Assembly (NCBI GenBank): GCA_963713825.1
Contig: CAVQNG010000025.1
Span: forward strand, 448,001-512,000
Direction of reading: 5' to 3'
Length of the DNA stretch: 64,000 nucleotides
Source of the DNA: an uncultured Acidobacteriota bacterium
Lineage (GTDB): Bacteria; Acidobacteriota; Thermoanaerobaculia; Multivoradales; JAHEKO01
The position numbers were made by a program, and so were the translations under genes. Positions 9,357 to 18,773 of this stretch are shown piece after piece. Every line of letters begins with the position of its first letter. Position 1 is the stretch's first letter. A model generated the notes under the pieces. It did no database searches. It worked only from the letters and a program-made list of their open reading frames with translations, and was not told the DNA's origin.

Positions 9357-9746
9357 CTAGGGGTTGTAGGCGGTGGGGACGAACTCGTCGTCCTCCTGCA
9401 GCAAGCGCTCGAATTTCAGGAAGTCGTAGTAGCCGCACTTCCTGAGGCCCGGATAGTCGCCACAGATGGCGGGACGGGATTCGTAGATCGTGCACATCCG
9501 GGTCTCCTGGTCGAGGAATCTGCAGGCGGTCCCGTAGTGCTCGTCCCTGCGGTGACGGAGAACCCGCTCACCGGGCTCGTGGCCCTTCTTGGTGAACTTT
9601 CTCCTCGCCTCCTTGCGGGAGATTCCGAAGTGCTTGGCCAGGCGGCCGATGTCCTTGTTGTCGATGATGATCCTGGCGTAGGAGCAGCAATAAGCCGGAC
9701 AGAGGTCGCAGTCGTAAAGGAGTTTGAGTGCCTTTTTTTTCGCCAT
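9357..9746 (-). CDS. YkgJ-family cysteine-cluster (CxxCxxxCC) protein
   Basis: CDLCPAYCC...ACRFLD...CTIYESRPAIC. Confidence 0.88.
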   Translation of the reverse strand: MAKKKALKLLYDCDLCPAYCCSYARIIIDNKDIGRLAKHFGISRKEARRKFTKKGHEPGERVLRHRRDEHYGTACRFLDQETRMCTIYESRPAICGDYPGLRKCGYYDFLKFERLLQEDDEFVPTAYNP

Positions 9747-9802
9747 GACGGGCGGATTGTACCCGACGCCGAGGAGATTGTGAGATGGAATTCGGGGTCG
9801 AT

Positions 9803-10861
9803 CTAGGTCCGGGTTTTTCGTCGCTGCCGCAAGCGCTCCAGGCGCTGGTCCCGCAGCGCGGCAGCGGCCAGCCGCTGATCGACGATGCGATCGGATTCAT
9901 CGACGATCTCGACTCCAAGCACGGTCTCGGTCAAGTCCTCGAGAGTCACCAGGCCGGAGATACCGCCATGTTCGTCGATGGCCATGGCGATGGGCTCACG
10001 GCGCTCGAGGATCTGTCGCATGGCCGCGGCGACGGTTGCCACCTCCGGGATGAAGGGAATGGGACGCATCAGGCTCTCGAGCGTGGTGTCCTGGTGACAG
10101 CCGTTGGCGGCTCTCTTCAGGATCTCGCGCTGTAACACGTAGCCGACAACGTTGTCCCGGCTGTCACGAAACAGGGGAATGCGGCTTACCGCCTCGGCTT
10201 CCCGATCGGCCAGCAGATCCGCGATGGTTGCGTCGGCGGGAAGCATCACGGCGACAGTTCGGGGCGTCATGACATCTTCGACCCGCACCTCTTCGAAGCG
10301 CAGGAGATTCTCGAAAATTCTCGACTCCCCAGGTGAGATGGCGCCGTGATGTGCGGCGGTGGCGATGGTGGAGGCGAGCTCACCCCGCGACAGCGTCGGT
10401 GCGTGCCCGCGGGTCAGCAGCCGGGTCAAGAGCCGCGAGACTACGAGGACCGGCGTCATTGCCTTGGTCAGAATATGAAGAGACCAGCCGACGAAGCCGG
10501 AGAGGCGGCGCGAGTAGACCGCCCCCAAGGTTTTCGGGATGATCTCGGAGACGACCAGGATGAGGAAGGTCAGAGCGCCCGAGAAGACGCCCATCCAGGC
10601 ACTGCCGAAGACCTTGGCTGCCTGGGCCCCGGCAAGGGTTGCTCCCAAGGTGTTCGCCACCGTGTTCAGGGTCAGGATAGCGCTGATGGCGTCATCGACG
10701 TGAGTCTGTTTCAGGTTCAGGAGTAACCCCGCACCCTGGCTCCCCTCATCTCGCTGGTGGGCGAGATTGACATTGCGGGAGGAGAGTAGAGCAGCCTCCA
10801 GAAGCGAGCAGGCGAACGAGACTCCGACCGCCAGGCCGACATAGAGAACGAGCAGACTCAG
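9803..10861 (-). CDS. CNNM (DUF21)-CBS-pair Mg2+/cation transporter (CorB/HlyC-like)
   Basis: The frame extends upstream of the listed ORF: LSLLVLYVGLAVGVSFACSLLEAALLS...AILTLNTVAN, then SEIIPKTLG, VMTPR, SRIPLF and DEHGGISGLVTLED. Probable CTG start at 10861 behind AGGAG. Confidence 0.88.
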   Translation of the reverse strand: MSLLVLYVGLAVGVSFACSLLEAALLSSRNVNLAHQRDEGSQGAGLLLNLKQTHVDDAISAILTLNTVANTLGATLAGAQAAKVFGSAWMGVFSGALTFLILVVSEIIPKTLGAVYSRRLSGFVGWSLHILTKAMTPVLVVSRLLTRLLTRGHAPTLSRGELASTIATAAHHGAISPGESRIFENLLRFEEVRVEDVMTPRTVAVMLPADATIADLLADREAEAVSRIPLFRDSRDNVVGYVLQREILKRAANGCHQDTTLESLMRPIPFIPEVATVAAAMRQILERREPIAMAIDEHGGISGLVTLEDLTETVLGVEIVDESDRIVDQRLAAAALRDQRLERLRQRRKTRT

Positions 10862-10920
10862 GACGGTTCTCCTGGAAGGACTGGGTGAAGTCTCGAAGGG
10901 CGTTGCATGGAGTCGATCGG

Positions 10921-13395
10921 TCAGCCGAGCTTGTACAACCGCCCGAGGAGTGACTGCAGAGGGAAGCGCTGCAGTCGACCCGCGGCTGCGGCCTGCTCAT
11001 CGTAGGTCTGGACCTCGTCGGGCTCGATGCCGTCTCCCCACATCAAGATCGGCAGTGGGTCCGCAGCATGCTGTCCGCTCTCGGAGAGAGTGGCGTGGTC
11101 GGAGGCAACGATAATCCGCAGCGGTTGGGGGACATTGTCTACGAGCCAGCTCAATTCTTGATCGATTCTCTCCAGGAACTCCAATTTGAGGTCTGGCCTC
11201 CGATCGTGAGCCGCGATGTCGGCGCCTTTGAAGTGCAACACGACGAGGTCGTTGCGGCCCAGCTCCTTCAGAGCCGCTCGGACTTTGGCTTCGAGGTCGG
11301 TGTCCAGATTCGCCGTCATGCCCTCTTCGGTGACGGTCTTGCCGCCCAACCACTTGGCAATCCCGAGGAGGGTGCGGTCGCCACCCACGAACGCGACTCG
11401 CAGCGGCAGACCCCCGTCCTCCAAGGGCAGAAGGCGATGCAGCCGTCCCGCCCCGCGGGTCAGAATGGCGTTGGCTGGCGCCAGACCTTCGGCCGCTCGC
11501 TGGCGATTGATCGGGTGAGTCGCCAGAATTCGCCGCGCTTCCTGCTCGAAGAGGGCTAGAACTGCAGCCGTGAGAACGGCTTGGTCGTCGTCGGGATCCA
11601 CTGGCTTGGGGACGAGTGGTGGACCGGGAACGGCACCCTCGCCAGGATCACTACCCTGAATTGCCGGCGAAAGCCGCTCGCCACGGAGAACGATCGCCAG
11701 CCTGTGCTCGGTCCCGGCTTTGACTCGGACCTCCACTTCACGGTCGAGACCCGAGGGCAACGGCAGTCGGTCCAGTGCAGCTGCCAATTCGGCAGCCTGC
11801 TCTCGGATCCTTCCCGCCCGTCGGTCGATGACCCGCCCGTTTTCGTCCAGGGTCGCGAAATTGCCCCGCAGGGCAATGTCGCCGTCTTTGATCGACACGC
11901 CGGCTCCGAGAGCCTCGATCGGACCCCGCTTCATGGCTTGTGGTGATTGGCCGAGCAGTGCCAGATTACCCGCTGCGGTGTCGGGTACGACTCCGGGTGC
12001 CACCGGATCGGCAACTCCACACTGTCCTTCTCTCGCCAGGCGGTCGAGAGTCGGAGTTTTCGCAGCCTGCAGCGGGGTTCGACCGCCCAGGGCCCGGACC
12101 GGGCGGTCGGCCAGTCCGTCGATGACCACCAGTAGGGTGGCTTTGGGATGCTGGTGGGGAGTCCAATCCTCCTGACCGAGCTTGGGGAGGCTGCGCTCCA
12201 GGATGCTGGTCACGACTCTCATCGTGGCCTCGACAGGCGGGTCGCCTTCTGAGGTGTCGAGAATGGGTCGATCGTGCTGTTCGGCCTGCAGCAGAATGTA
12301 GTCGTGAATCGTTCGAATGGAGGCGAAGCTCTCGAGATAGCGCTCGGCGAGTCGCCCCCCGGCTCGGCTGCGGGCCAAGAAGCGGGTGCGGTGAGCCTCT
12401 TCGTTCAGCGTCGCCAAGACGAGAGGCACTTGGTAGACGGCGCCCTCGAGGTCGGGGAAGGGCACCATGCCGGGGTGGACGTGAACACCCTCGACGATGA
12501 TGCTCATGTTCTCGACCATGGCCCGCTCGACCACAGCCCGGACGCCGACGCAGACTCGAGTCGCCTGCTCCTCGAAGGTCGCGATGAGGCGTTGGGCGTG
12601 GTCGACTTCCTGCGCGGCGCCCAACCATGCCTCCGCGGAGGTCTGGTCGTAGGGCGGTGCCACCTCGAAGCTGGAGCTGTGGAGGGCCGGCAGAATGGAT
12701 GGAGTGAACACCATTCGCATCACCTGGCGGATCGTGTCGGTGGCGTTGATCCGATAGATCCGTAGGAGTGGTCCGAGCTCGAGAGCCAGGGTCGACTTGC
12801 CGGTGCCGCTGGCCCCTCCGACATAGATCACCAGCGGTCGGGGCAAGCGGTGGATTCTCCGAATGGCTCGATAGCGGAGAGCTGCCTGCTTGCCTTGGAG
12901 GCGCTCCAGGAGATCGCCGACGCGTCTGGCCACCTCGCCACTCTGCAGGACAGAGACGTTTTCGCTCAGGAGCTCGGCCTCGAGCTCCGTGACCAACCGG
13001 TAGGCGCGATCCAGATCGAGTCCGGCGGCATGGATGCTGCGCGCCAGCAGACCCCTGGAGAAGGGTTGCTCCTGGCCGGCGTAGACTACTCTCACTCCCT
13101 CGGTGTCGGGCGCCACCTCGCTGCGCAGTTGGCTGGCGTTGTCGTCGTTACGCTCCACCTGTTCGAGAACGAGATCTCGAAGCTCGCTGGTGCTCACCTC
13201 GTCACGGTCGCCGAGGCGATCACGAATGGCGCGTGCGATGGCATAGGCAGGGTCGAAATCCAGGCCACGCTGGATGAGATCGTGGGTGATCATGCCGCGC
13301 AGGAATCGCTGGCGACTGCCATCGGCAGAGACAACGAGCAGCTGCTTGCGGCCCTTGGAAGAGCTGCGAGGTTTGTCGTCCGGTTCGCTGGCCAT
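10921..13395 (-). CDS. Fusion: ATP-cone x2 + 2-phosphoglycerate kinase-like domain + cofactor-independent (archaeal ApgM-type) phosphoglycerate mutase
   Basis: Kinase half: PFSRGLLARS ATP-cone, GGASGTGKST, TDTIRQVMR, LHSSSF, EGVH. Mutase half: IDGLADRP, TPLQAAKTPTLD, DRRAGRI, HFKGADIAAH, SDHAT, HAADPLP. Confidence 0.85.
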   Translation of the reverse strand: MASEPDDKPRSSSKGRKQLLVVSADGSRQRFLRGMITHDLIQRGLDFDPAYAIARAIRDRLGDRDEVSTSELRDLVLEQVERNDDNASQLRSEVAPDTEGVRVVYAGQEQPFSRGLLARSIHAAGLDLDRAYRLVTELEAELLSENVSVLQSGEVARRVGDLLERLQGKQAALRYRAIRRIHRLPRPLVIYVGGASGTGKSTLALELGPLLRIYRINATDTIRQVMRMVFTPSILPALHSSSFEVAPPYDQTSAEAWLGAAQEVDHAQRLIATFEEQATRVCVGVRAVVERAMVENMSIIVEGVHVHPGMVPFPDLEGAVYQVPLVLATLNEEAHRTRFLARSRAGGRLAERYLESFASIRTIHDYILLQAEQHDRPILDTSEGDPPVEATMRVVTSILERSLPKLGQEDWTPHQHPKATLLVVIDGLADRPVRALGGRTPLQAAKTPTLDRLAREGQCGVADPVAPGVVPDTAAGNLALLGQSPQAMKRGPIEALGAGVSIKDGDIALRGNFATLDENGRVIDRRAGRIREQAAELAAALDRLPLPSGLDREVEVRVKAGTEHRLAIVLRGERLSPAIQGSDPGEGAVPGPPLVPKPVDPDDDQAVLTAAVLALFEQEARRILATHPINRQRAAEGLAPANAILTRGAGRLHRLLPLEDGGLPLRVAFVGGDRTLLGIAKWLGGKTVTEEGMTANLDTDLEAKVRAALKELGRNDLVVLHFKGADIAAHDRRPDLKLEFLERIDQELSWLVDNVPQPLRIIVASDHATLSESGQHAADPLPILMWGDGIEPDEVQTYDEQAAAAGRLQRFPLQSLLGRLYKLG

Positions 13396-13545
13396 GATGA
13401 TAGGGGATGAGATCGAAGGGCCTCGCCGCCGCTACCCTGACATGGGCCCAGATCGCCGGTGAAGCCACCCAGAGTCTATGGCGATTGCGATCCGGGGCAC
13501 AAGCGAGGGGCCATTTGGCCGTTTCGGCTGGTCGCCTCGGGCGGG

Positions 13546-14055
13546 TTACTCGTCGAGGCCAGGCGTCAGCAGCAGTTTCGGTGAGACGAGCCAATGTAGC
13601 GTTCCGAGACCGGCTCTACACTCTGCCCAATCGTCGATCGGAAAATCGATCCTCGCCATGGCCGCCGTTGGCATTCGGGGTTGGCCTCCTCCCGTCAGCT
13701 CACCGACGAGCTCGGACCAGGTCGGCTCGTGTCCGACCAGGAGGATCCGTGAGAATATCGCCTCCTGGGCCTTGACCACGGAGAGCACGGTGGCAGGGTT
13801 CGATCCGTAGAACTCCTCGCAAAGCGCCATCGGACAGTCCCAACTGCCACTCTGGCTCGCGATTTCTGCGGTCGTGCGTGCCCGGACAGCCGTCGAGGAC
13901 AAGATCAGGTCGGGCTGGAGCTCGAGCTTTGCAAGGAAGCGTCCCATGAGACGGGCCGCGCTGACGCCCCGCTTGGCAAGGGGGCGCTCGTGATCCGATT
14001 CGAAGCTCGTTTTCCAGTCCGATTTGGCGTGCCGCAAGATCAGTAGTTGCTTCAA
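13546..14055 (-). CDS. sixA: SixA-family phosphohistidine phosphatase
   Basis: LRHAKS, RPL, SSTAVRARTTA and VGHEP motifs. TTG start with GGAG upstream. Confidence 0.88.
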   Translation of the reverse strand: MKQLLILRHAKSDWKTSFESDHERPLAKRGVSAARLMGRFLAKLELQPDLILSSTAVRARTTAEIASQSGSWDCPMALCEEFYGSNPATVLSVVKAQEAIFSRILLVGHEPTWSELVGELTGGGQPRMPTAAMARIDFPIDDWAECRAGLGTLHWLVSPKLLLTPGLDE

Positions 14056-14222
14056 GTGACGTACTCCCTTGTTCCGATCCGTCTGTTCTTGCACTCTATC
14101 CCAAGGCGGCGGCGAGCCCTGGCCTACCGACCGACCCTGCTGCCGCAAGGTTGGTAGAATCAACAGCTTGCCTCGATCGACGGACTCACTCGACGCAACG
14201 CCTGAAGGGATCTGAGCTGACG

Positions 14223-16376
14223 ATGACGGTGACGGAAGACAAGAAATCGGCCTCGAACAAGACTGCTGCCAAGGCGGTCAACCTCAATCACCGGATCTAC
14301 TACTTCAACCGCGAGTTGAGCTGGCTCCAATTCAATGATCGGGTGCTCGAGGAGGCGCTCGATGAGCGTCACCCCCTTCTCGAAAGGGTCAAGTTCCTCT
14401 CGATCTTCTCGAGCAACCTGGACGAGTTCTTCATGATCCGGGTCTCTGGCCTGCGACGTCAGCTGGCCGGAGGAGCCCTGAAGGCGCCGCCGGACGGTAT
14501 GTCACCTGGCGAGCAGTTGAAGGCGATTCGAAGCCGCCTCGATCCCGCCCTCGAAGAGGCCGCAGACTGTTGGAAAGACGAACTGCTCCCCCAACTGAAG
14601 GACGCCGGTGTCAACGTGCTTGCCTACGAAGAGCTCAAGAGCAAGCAGCGGAAGCTCTTGCGTAAGCACTTCAAGAGAGAGATCTTCCCGGTCCTGACCC
14701 CGCTGGCATTCGATCCAGGGCATCCGTTCCCGCATATTTCCAACCTGAGCGTCAACCTGGCGGCAGTCATCGACGATCCGGGTAGGGGAGAGAAGTTCGC
14801 CCGGGTCAAGGTGCCTCATATGTTCCCGCGGTTTGTCCGCGTTCCCAGCGAGGAGAAAGCCGGGCGTGACGAGGAACGGGGACTGGAAGGATCCGAATCG
14901 ATGAACTTCGTCTGGCTCGAGGAGGTCATCGCTGCCAATCTGGACACTCTCTTCCCGGGTCTGAACGTCGAAGCCGCCTACCCCTTCCGGGTGACCAGGG
15001 ATGCCGATGTGGAGATCGAGGAAGACGAAGCCTCGGACCTGCTGTCGGCCATGGAGGTCGTGGTGGGGCAGCGTCAGTTCGGCTCGGCGGTGCGGCTCGA
15101 GGTCGACGCTCGAATGCCGGCTCGTGTGAGGGATATTCTGGTCGACAACCTGGGGCTGTCGCGTTATCAAGTCTTTGCCGTGAACGGTCCTCTGGGTCAG
15201 TCGGATCTCATGGAGCTGACCAAGCTCGATCTACCCGCTTTGAAAGACGCTCCGTTTACACCGAGTGAACCCAAGGCGCTCAAAGGTGAGGAGAGTGTCT
15301 TCTCCGTTCTCAAACGGCGCAATCTGCTGCTCTATCACCCCTACGACAGCTTCCGTCCGGTGGTCGACTTTGTCCGCGAAGCGGCCAAGGACCCGGAAGT
15401 CCTGGCCATCAAGCAAACGCTGTATCGGGTCGGACCCAACTCGCCAATTGTGGAAGCGCTGCGGCATGCCAGGGAAAACGGCAAGCAGGTTTCAGTGCTC
15501 GTGGAGCTGAAGGCCCGCTTCGATGAAGAGAACAACATCGTCTGGGCGCGGTCCTTGGAAGAGGCCGGGGTGCATGTCGTCTACGGTGTGATGGGCCTCA
15601 AGACCCACGCCAAGATGTGCCTGGTGGTTCGGCGGGAGCCGGACGGGGTCAAACGCTACGTCCATCTGGGCACCGGCAACTACAACCCGGTCACGGCGCG
15701 CATCTACACAGACCAGGGATATCTGACTGCCGATGCCGACATAACGGCCGATGTTTCGGAGCTCTTCAATGCCCTGACGGGGTACTCCAGAGAGGATCAT
15801 TACCGCAAGCTGCTGGTGGCGCCCGGCAAGATGCGAGAACAGATCCTGGAGAGGATTCAGCGCGAGATCGACTGCCACCGAAAGGATGGCAACGGTCACC
15901 TGGCGTTCAAGATGAACTCCCTGGTCGACAAGGCCTGCATTCGGGCTCTGTACGAAGCGTCGATCGCCGGTGTCAAGGTGGATCTCCAGATCCGCGGCAT
16001 CTGTTGCCTACGCCCTGGGGTGGAGAGGATCAGCGAGAACATCACAGTCACCTCGATTGTCGGGCGATTTCTGGAACACAGCCGCATCTACTACTTCCGC
16101 AACGGCGGGCAGGAAGAGATCCTGCTAGGCAGTGCCGATCTGATGCCGCGGAATCTCGGCGGCAGGGTCGAAACCCTGTTCCCGGTCGAGGACGAGAGAT
16201 TGAAGCGAGCTCTGCGGGACGAGATCCTCGATCTCCATCTGCACGACAATGTGCAGTCCAGTCAGCTGATGAGCGATGGTGGGTACGTGCGCCTGAGTCC
16301 TGGCGAGGGCGACCCGGTCATCGACTCTCAGAGCCTGCTTCTGAAGCAGGCGGGCTCCTGGCACCTGGACGAGTAG
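14223..16376 (+). CDS. ppk1: Polyphosphate kinase 1
   Basis: NRELSWLQFN, SNLDEFFMIRV, HPFPHISN, HPYDSF, KQTLYR, ELKARFDEENN, KTHAK, TGNYN, GRFLEHSR and SADLMPRN motifs. Confidence 0.97.
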   Translation: MTVTEDKKSASNKTAAKAVNLNHRIYYFNRELSWLQFNDRVLEEALDERHPLLERVKFLSIFSSNLDEFFMIRVSGLRRQLAGGALKAPPDGMSPGEQLKAIRSRLDPALEEAADCWKDELLPQLKDAGVNVLAYEELKSKQRKLLRKHFKREIFPVLTPLAFDPGHPFPHISNLSVNLAAVIDDPGRGEKFARVKVPHMFPRFVRVPSEEKAGRDEERGLEGSESMNFVWLEEVIAANLDTLFPGLNVEAAYPFRVTRDADVEIEEDEASDLLSAMEVVVGQRQFGSAVRLEVDARMPARVRDILVDNLGLSRYQVFAVNGPLGQSDLMELTKLDLPALKDAPFTPSEPKALKGEESVFSVLKRRNLLLYHPYDSFRPVVDFVREAAKDPEVLAIKQTLYRVGPNSPIVEALRHARENGKQVSVLVELKARFDEENNIVWARSLEEAGVHVVYGVMGLKTHAKMCLVVRREPDGVKRYVHLGTGNYNPVTARIYTDQGYLTADADITADVSELFNALTGYSREDHYRKLLVAPGKMREQILERIQREIDCHRKDGNGHLAFKMNSLVDKACIRALYEASIAGVKVDLQIRGICCLRPGVERISENITVTSIVGRFLEHSRIYYFRNGGQEEILLGSADLMPRNLGGRVETLFPVEDERLKRALRDEILDLHLHDNVQSSQLMSDGGYVRLSPGEGDPVIDSQSLLLKQAGSWHLDE

Positions 16377-16411
16377 GGTCCGTCAGACCGTCGTCGAGTT
16401 GAGTTGACTCC

Positions 16412-17212
16412 TCAACCCTTGCCCTTGTCGCTCTTCTTCGAGCCCTTCTTCTTGTTGTTGTCGTTTTTTTCGTTTGCGGCAGCCCGTTGGGCCTCGGGCT
16501 CTTGCAGATTCGCTTCCAGAGCGGCGATCAGGGTCTCCTGGGTCTTGACCCTGGCCCACAGCTTGTCGTTGCCCTCGATGATGGTCCAGGGTGCGGAGAG
16601 GGTGCTGGTCTTCCTAAGCATGTCGATCAGGGCCTCTTCGTAGAGGCCCCACTTGCGTCGGTTTCGCCAGTCTTCTTCTGTGAGCTTCCACTGCTTGTGG
16701 GGTGTCTTGCGGCGAGCCTCGAAACGGCTGAGCTGCTCCTCGGCACTGATCTCGAACCACAGTTTGACGAGGATCATGCCGTGATCGGTGAGCTGGCGCT
16801 CGAAGTGGTTGATCTCTCGATAGGCTCGCTTCCACTCGTCTTCGGTGGCGAAACCTTCGACCCTCTCGACGAGAACACGTCCATACCAGGAGCGGTCGAA
16901 GATCACGATCTGCTTGTCGTCTGGGGATTTCAGGCGACGCCAGAAGCGCCAAAGGTAATGATGGGTCTTGTCCTCTCCATCCGGCGCTGCGATCGAGTAG
17001 ACCTCGTAGCCACGAGGGTCGATCTTTTCGGTCGCTCGCCGGATGGAACCCCCCTTTCCCGCCGCGTCCCACCCTTCCACGACGACGATCAGCGACCGCT
17101 TTTGCTGGTACAGCCTGAATGCCAACTCGCGGAGCTTGAGTTGACAGTCCAGCTTGCGCTGCCTGTACTCCTCGTGGTCCAATCGCTTACTCAGATCGAC
17201 TGTGGGGAGCAT
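16412..17212 (-). CDS. ppk2: Polyphosphate kinase 2 family protein (resembles the active C-terminal half of polyP:AMP phosphotransferase), Lys-rich tail
   Basis: EGWDAAGKGG, HYLWRFW, FDRSWYGRVLVERVEGF and WKLTEEDWRNR motifs. Confidence 0.92.
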   Translation of the reverse strand: MLPTVDLSKRLDHEEYRQRKLDCQLKLRELAFRLYQQKRSLIVVVEGWDAAGKGGSIRRATEKIDPRGYEVYSIAAPDGEDKTHHYLWRFWRRLKSPDDKQIVIFDRSWYGRVLVERVEGFATEDEWKRAYREINHFERQLTDHGMILVKLWFEISAEEQLSRFEARRKTPHKQWKLTEEDWRNRRKWGLYEEALIDMLRKTSTLSAPWTIIEGNDKLWARVKTQETLIAALEANLQEPEAQRAAANEKNDNNKKKGSKKSDKGKG

Positions 17213-17976
17213 CAGTAGTCTTCCTCATCGTCGTCGATCTCGTCGAAGCCGGGTACTTCGCAACCGTGGCGTTCCAGCCCCTCTTCCATGGCTTCGATGA
17301 TGGCCTGAAGGACCCGCACGCGTGTCCACCGGTGATCTGTTGCTGCGACCAGGGTCCATGGCCCCCATTCGGTCTCGGTTCTTTCGAGCATCTCCTCGAC
17401 CGCCAGCCGGTAGTCACCATAGCGCTCGTTCTGGGCCCAGTCCTCGGGCTCCACCTGCCAGCTGGTTCTGGGATCCGATTCCAAGTCCTTCAAACGGCTA
17501 GCCTGCTCCTTCTCGTCGATATGGAGAAAGAGCTTGGCCAGAAGATAGCGATCGTCGACCAGCGCCTGCTCGTAAGCCGTGATGTCGTTGTAGGCCTGCG
17601 TCAACTGCACCGGTTCGATCATGCCATCGACTCGCTCCTCCAGGACTCGGCCGTACCAGCTGTGGTCGAAGATGGCGATCTCGCCCCAGTTGGGCAGTTT
17701 GGCCCAGAAGCGCCACATCCAGGGTAGAAGGCTTTCGAAGGTGCGGGGCTCACGAATGGCGTGGAGACTGAAACCCCTCGGTTCCAGTCGCTGGGTGATC
17801 TTGCTGATGACCGAGCCCTTTCCAGACGCATCCCAGCCTTCCAGGACGACGAGCGTCGCCAACTTCTCCTTCCAGCAGGCGCGCTGCAATTGGTGAAGCC
17901 GGCGTTGGAGCTCTGGAAGCTGCTCCTTGTAGTCGGTCTTCGATAGCTCTCGGCTGAGATTTAGGGCTTCCAGCAT
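17212..17976 (-). CDS. ppk2: Polyphosphate kinase 2 family protein (resembles the N-terminal half of polyP:AMP phosphotransferase), acidic tail
   Basis: EGWDASGKGS, WRFW and FDHSWY motifs. TGATG overlap with the downstream ppk2. Confidence 0.88.
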   Translation of the reverse strand: MLEALNLSRELSKTDYKEQLPELQRRLHQLQRACWKEKLATLVVLEGWDASGKGSVISKITQRLEPRGFSLHAIREPRTFESLLPWMWRFWAKLPNWGEIAIFDHSWYGRVLEERVDGMIEPVQLTQAYNDITAYEQALVDDRYLLAKLFLHIDEKEQASRLKDLESDPRTSWQVEPEDWAQNERYGDYRLAVEEMLERTETEWGPWTLVAATDHRWTRVRVLQAIIEAMEEGLERHGCEVPGFDEIDDDEEDY

Positions 17977-18026
17977 TTCGGTTCAGCGACCGGTTCGTGA
18001 ACTGTTCAGCGTTCGGTTGGATTGTC

Positions 18027-18773
18027 TCATAGAGAGAGGCGACTGACGATCTCCGACCAGAGGGCTTCGTAGGCCCGGGTAGGCTCCGCTGATGGGGCGA
18101 AGGAGGGCAGAGGTGCACGACGCAATCCCATCTGCTCGACCAGGCTGGAGTACGGAATGGCTGTTTCGAGCATGTCCGGATGATGCTCGGTGGGTGAGGC
18201 GCAGATGCGTTTGTGGAGGGACTTGCGCCGGTCCACCATGCACAGGAACGGATAGAGTCGTGGCCGCGTGGCGCCCCTGTCGCGCAGATGCTGATCGAGT
18301 TGATCGAGCGTCCGCAATGAGAGCGTTGTCGGAATCGTTGGAGACAAGAGAACGTCTGCCGCGACGAAGATGCTCTCGGAGACCAGGGAGATGCTCGGAG
18401 CGCAATCGAGGAAGAGGTAGTCGTACTGCAACGAGAGGGGAAGCAGCAGGCTTGCCATCTGCCTGGTCGGCTTCTTGCTCTGCACCAGGTCCAGGTCCAT
18501 GTTGCGATAGGTGAAGTCGGCCGGCAAGATGTCGAGGCCCTCGAAATCCGTGCCCCGAATCGTCGCATCGAGGGGCCGCTTGCCTTTCAGGAGCTTCTTC
18601 GCACCGCCTTTTACTTTGGCTCGGACCCTGAAGTAGAAGGTGGCTGCAGCCTGGGGATCCAGGTCCCAAATCAACGTGCGGGCGCCGCCCCTGGCCGCCA
18701 GGTATGCCAGGTTGACCGCCGTCGCCGTCTTCCCGACCCCACCTTTGATGTTGTACGTGGCGAAGACCCTCAC
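18027..18773 (-). CDS. Orphan ParA/Soj-family ATPase
   Basis: KGGVGKT deviant Walker A, DLDPQ, LDCAPS and MVDRRK. GTGA overlap with the CHAD gene. No parB in the window. Confidence 0.92.
   Translation of the reverse strand: MRVFATYNIKGGVGKTATAVNLAYLAARGGARTLIWDLDPQAAATFYFRVRAKVKGGAKKLLKGKRPLDATIRGTDFEGLDILPADFTYRNMDLDLVQSKKPTRQMASLLLPLSLQYDYLFLDCAPSISLVSESIFVAADVLLSPTIPTTLSLRTLDQLDQHLRDRGATRPRLYPFLCMVDRRKSLHKRICASPTEHHPDMLETAIPYSSLVEQMGLRRAPLPSFAPSAEPTRAYEALWSEIVSRLSL

Noticed and set aside
18027-18773. ParA as the chromosomal parAB locus or a plasmid/prophage partition gene
   Set aside because: No parB, no parS palindrome noticed, and no gidAB, rep or phage genes. It is translationally coupled to CHAD instead.
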